This document shows, piece by piece, positions 61,565-64,000 of a DNA stretch of 64,000 bases (position 1 is its first letter; each line of letters opens with the position of its first letter). The notes under the pieces were generated by a model. It did not search any database. It was not told the DNA's origin and saw only the letters and a list, made by a program, of their open reading frames with translations. Both the position numbers and the translations under genes were made by a program. Source of the DNA: Alphaproteobacteria bacterium (GTDB taxonomy: Bacteria > Pseudomonadota > Alphaproteobacteria > M2410); contig JAUWTJ010000004.1 in NCBI GenBank assembly GCA_030614785.1, positions 1,609-65,608 on the forward strand, in the 5' to 3' direction.

Positions 61565-63208
61565 TCAAGCCTCCTCGGTCACTTCACCTTCTTCTTCAAC
61601 TTCTTCTTCACCTTCTTCTTCACCTTCCGGCGCGTTCATCGCATCAAGCTCTTCCTGGGTGAACCATCCGGCGGCGACACGGGCGGCCATGATGAACCCG
61701 TTGGCCTCATCGGCCGCCATGCCAAAGCTTTCCAGAGCGCCGTCCATGTGTTTGCGCTCGCCATCGACCACTTCGTTCCAGCCCAGCAGATCATCGGTGG
61801 CACAGCCAGCAAGGTCCTCAAGGGATTTCACGTCATTTTCCCCAAGGGCAACGAGCATTTGGGCCGAAAAACCCTCGATCGCCGCGACACTGTCCTCAAC
61901 CCCAAGCTCGATCCGCCGGTTCTCATTGGCGGCAGCCTGTGCGCCGAGATATTCGCGGGCGCGAGTTTGCAGTTCCATCGCGGTTTCCTCGTCAAAGCCG
62001 TCAATCTCGGACAGCTCTTCAAGCTCCACATAGGCGACTTCGTTCATGTCGGTAAAGCCTTCGGATGTCAAAAGCTGCGCAATCACTTCATCAACATCAA
62101 GAGCCCCCATGAAGAGTTCGCTTCGTACACGGAACTCTTCCTGACGGCGATCTGATTCATCGGCCTCGGTCAGGATATCAATGTCCCAACCGGAAAGCTG
62201 AGAGGCGAGGCGCACGTTTTGACCGCGCCGGCCAATAGCCAGTGACAGCTGGTCATCAGGAACGACAACCTCGATTTTCTCTGCGTCTTCATCAAGGACC
62301 ACCTTGACCACTTCGGCCGGGGCGAGCGCGTTGACGATGAAGGTCGCGGGATCAGGCGACCATTGTATAATATCGATCTTCTCGCCCTGAAGCTCGTTCA
62401 CGACAGCCTGAACCCGGCTGCCACGCATGCCGACGCAGGCGCCGACCGGATCAATTGATCCTTCGTTGGAGGCCACCGCAATCTTGGCCCGGCTGCCCGC
62501 ATCGCGCGCAACACCCTTGATCTCGATGATGCCGTCGTAGATTTCCGGGACTTCCTGAGCAAAAAGTTTTGCCATGAAATCCGGATGGCTTCTCGACAGG
62601 AAAATCTGCGGGCCACGTTGCTCGCGCCGAACATCAACAATATAGGCCCGGATCCGGTCCTGAGTGCGGAAGCTTTCGCGCGGCAAGAGTTCATCGCGCC
62701 GGACAATGGCTTCGCCGCGGCTCAGGTCGACAATCACATTGCCATATTCAACCCGTTTGACCGAGCCGTGGATGATCTCGCCAACGCGGTCCTTGAACTC
62801 TTCATATTGACGCTCGCGTTCTGCATCACGCACTTTTTGCATGATTACCTGTTTGGCGGTCTGCGTCGCGATGCGGCCAAAATCAACCGGCGGAAGCGGC
62901 TCATGAATCTGGTCGCCAATCTCGGCGTTCGGGTTCAGGGCGAGGGCGTCTTTCAGGGACATTTCAACGGCTGCGTTTTCAACCGTCTCGACCACTTCCA
63001 TGGCGCGGGTCAGGTTAATTTCACCGGACTTGCGATCAATCTGTGAGCGGATTTCATGTTCGATACCGTAACGAGACCGCGCCGCCTTCTGGATGGCGTC
63101 TTCCATGGCTTCCAGGACCACTTCACGATCAATCGATTTTTCCCGTGCAACCGCATCAGCGATTTGCAGAAGTTCCAACCTGTTTGCACTTACAGCTGTT
63201 GTCGACAT
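61565..63208 (-). CDS. nusA: transcription termination/antitermination factor NusA
   Basis: 547 aa; N-terminal domain, S1 and KH repeats, two C-terminal acidic repeat domains. Confidence 0.95.
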   Translation of the reverse strand: MSTTAVSANRLELLQIADAVAREKSIDREVVLEAMEDAIQKAARSRYGIEHEIRSQIDRKSGEINLTRAMEVVETVENAAVEMSLKDALALNPNAEIGDQIHEPLPPVDFGRIATQTAKQVIMQKVRDAERERQYEEFKDRVGEIIHGSVKRVEYGNVIVDLSRGEAIVRRDELLPRESFRTQDRIRAYIVDVRREQRGPQIFLSRSHPDFMAKLFAQEVPEIYDGIIEIKGVARDAGSRAKIAVASNEGSIDPVGACVGMRGSRVQAVVNELQGEKIDIIQWSPDPATFIVNALAPAEVVKVVLDEDAEKIEVVVPDDQLSLAIGRRGQNVRLASQLSGWDIDILTEADESDRRQEEFRVRSELFMGALDVDEVIAQLLTSEGFTDMNEVAYVELEELSEIDGFDEETAMELQTRAREYLGAQAAANENRRIELGVEDSVAAIEGFSAQMLVALGENDVKSLEDLAGCATDDLLGWNEVVDGERKHMDGALESFGMAADEANGFIMAARVAAGWFTQEELDAMNAPEGEEEGEEEVEEEGEVTEEA

Positions 63209-63263
63209 TTTATTTCTCCACTGTCAAACTCGGATGCCTTCCCGGGAAAACATCATTCGATCT

Positions 63264-63914
63264 CTATTTTGCCTTACGGGCTTTACGCTTTGGCTCTTGC
63301 AGGAATTCCTGATCCGATTGCTCTTTGGGTGTGTGGGCGGCCACCAGGTCATCGGTCATAACAAGCCGCGCCTCGGCAATCGCCTCAAAAGGCAGACCCC
63401 AGACCATTTCCTGGTTCTCATCGCTTGCTTCAGCGTCCACCGGAGTGCTTTCGTCGGCAATCATAACATGGCCGTCTTCCATTCCGTCGAGAATTCCGCG
63501 AAAACGTTTACGGCCATCGAGCGCTTCGATCAGCTCAGCCTTGACGAGATGACCTTTAAAATCTTCAAAGTCTTTCATCCGGGTCAGCGGGCGCGCAATG
63601 CCCGGCGAGGAAACTTCAAGGGTATATTCTTCGCCAATCGGGTCTTCCTCATCAAAGACCTCGGACAGCGCCCGCGAAACTGTTGCACAATCATCAACGT
63701 TCATCGTCCGGTCGGCGCGCTCGGCGATAAACTGTACCACCATCTGATCGCCGCCGGTAATGCGCACGCGAACCAGCTCGAACCCGGCGGCCTCGACAAT
63801 TGGTTCCGCAAGGGCCGCGAGGCTTTGCTCAAGCGGCGAGCGCCCGGCGCTGAGGCGCGCGGTACCGGCCTTTTCCGGCGCTGCTTGTTCTAACTGGTCT
63901 GGCTGATCTGACAT
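63264..63914 (-). CDS. rimP: ribosome maturation factor RimP
   Basis: conserved VRVRITGGDQMVVQF...YTLEVSSPGIARPL core; upstream of nusA. Confidence 0.85.
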   Translation of the reverse strand: MSDQPDQLEQAAPEKAGTARLSAGRSPLEQSLAALAEPIVEAAGFELVRVRITGGDQMVVQFIAERADRTMNVDDCATVSRALSEVFDEEDPIGEEYTLEVSSPGIARPLTRMKDFEDFKGHLVKAELIEALDGRKRFRGILDGMEDGHVMIADESTPVDAEASDENQEMVWGLPFEAIAEARLVMTDDLVAAHTPKEQSDQEFLQEPKRKARKAK

Positions 63915-64000
63915 CAATCGATAACCCGGGCTCCTGAAAGCAGGTACAAAAAAAAGCGGGCCGCAGCCCACTTCATCTTGAAGCTTTCACTTCCAAACAA

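Overview
The window is a high-GC, alphaproteobacterial-type chromosomal segment on both strands, mostly core housekeeping genes, with one clear accessory insertion.

Core gene blocks, in order:
- A secreted TPR protein, a DppA-like D-aminopeptidase, a GNAT acetyltransferase and an M23 peptidase.
- A short MCP-signalling-like gene followed by an ODP-like (MBL-fold di-iron-type) gene.
- DsrE-like, DUF2336 and a 626-aa orphan protein, then tRNA-Thr(CGT) and an alpha/beta hydrolase.
- The heme cluster in the conserved alphaproteobacterial order: hemY, a Mic60/mitofilin-like gene, hemD and hemC, divergent from tsaD.
- gpsA, YciI, a Rieske protein and an RsmC-like methyltransferase.
- Two tandem Coq4-family paralogues, a creatininase-family gene, a CaiB-type CoA-transferase, acs, an SDR and a LysE exporter.
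- mutM, ubiE, ubiB, coaBC, dut, an Rrf2 regulator, cysK and moeB.
- A 2-hydroxyacid dehydrogenase, an SH3-like protein, then DUF3501, a CCG Fe-S protein and rubrerythrin directly downstream of irr.
- irr divergent from fabA-fabB-fabI, a CDP-alcohol phosphatidyltransferase and a lipoprotein.
- The rimP-nusA-ylxR-infB-(membrane protein)-rbfA-truB-rpsO-pnp operon on the minus strand.

Most notable observation: a roughly 7-kb accessory segment (46.3-53.2 kb) lies directly downstream of pnp. It is bounded and subdivided by three direct copies of the last ~20 codons of pnp; the genuine copy and the outermost copy also carry the terminator hairpin. This looks like serial site-specific insertion into the 3' end of pnp. 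The cargo is two PEP-CTERM proteins, an AraC regulator divergent from a secreted isochorismatase-family hydrolase plus rhodanese operon, and a TetR-VOC pair. No integrase is visible in the window.

Other points:
- The MCP-like/ODP-like soluble pair.
- Tandem Coq4 homologues.
- The irr-rubrerythrin-CCG-DUF3501 arrangement.
- A (GCCCTC)n coding microsatellite in truB.
- An extra membrane-protein gene inside the infB-rbfA junction.
- Two families of palindromic intergenic repeat elements, each present in at least three copies.

No rRNA, CRISPR array, transposase or integrase was recognised.
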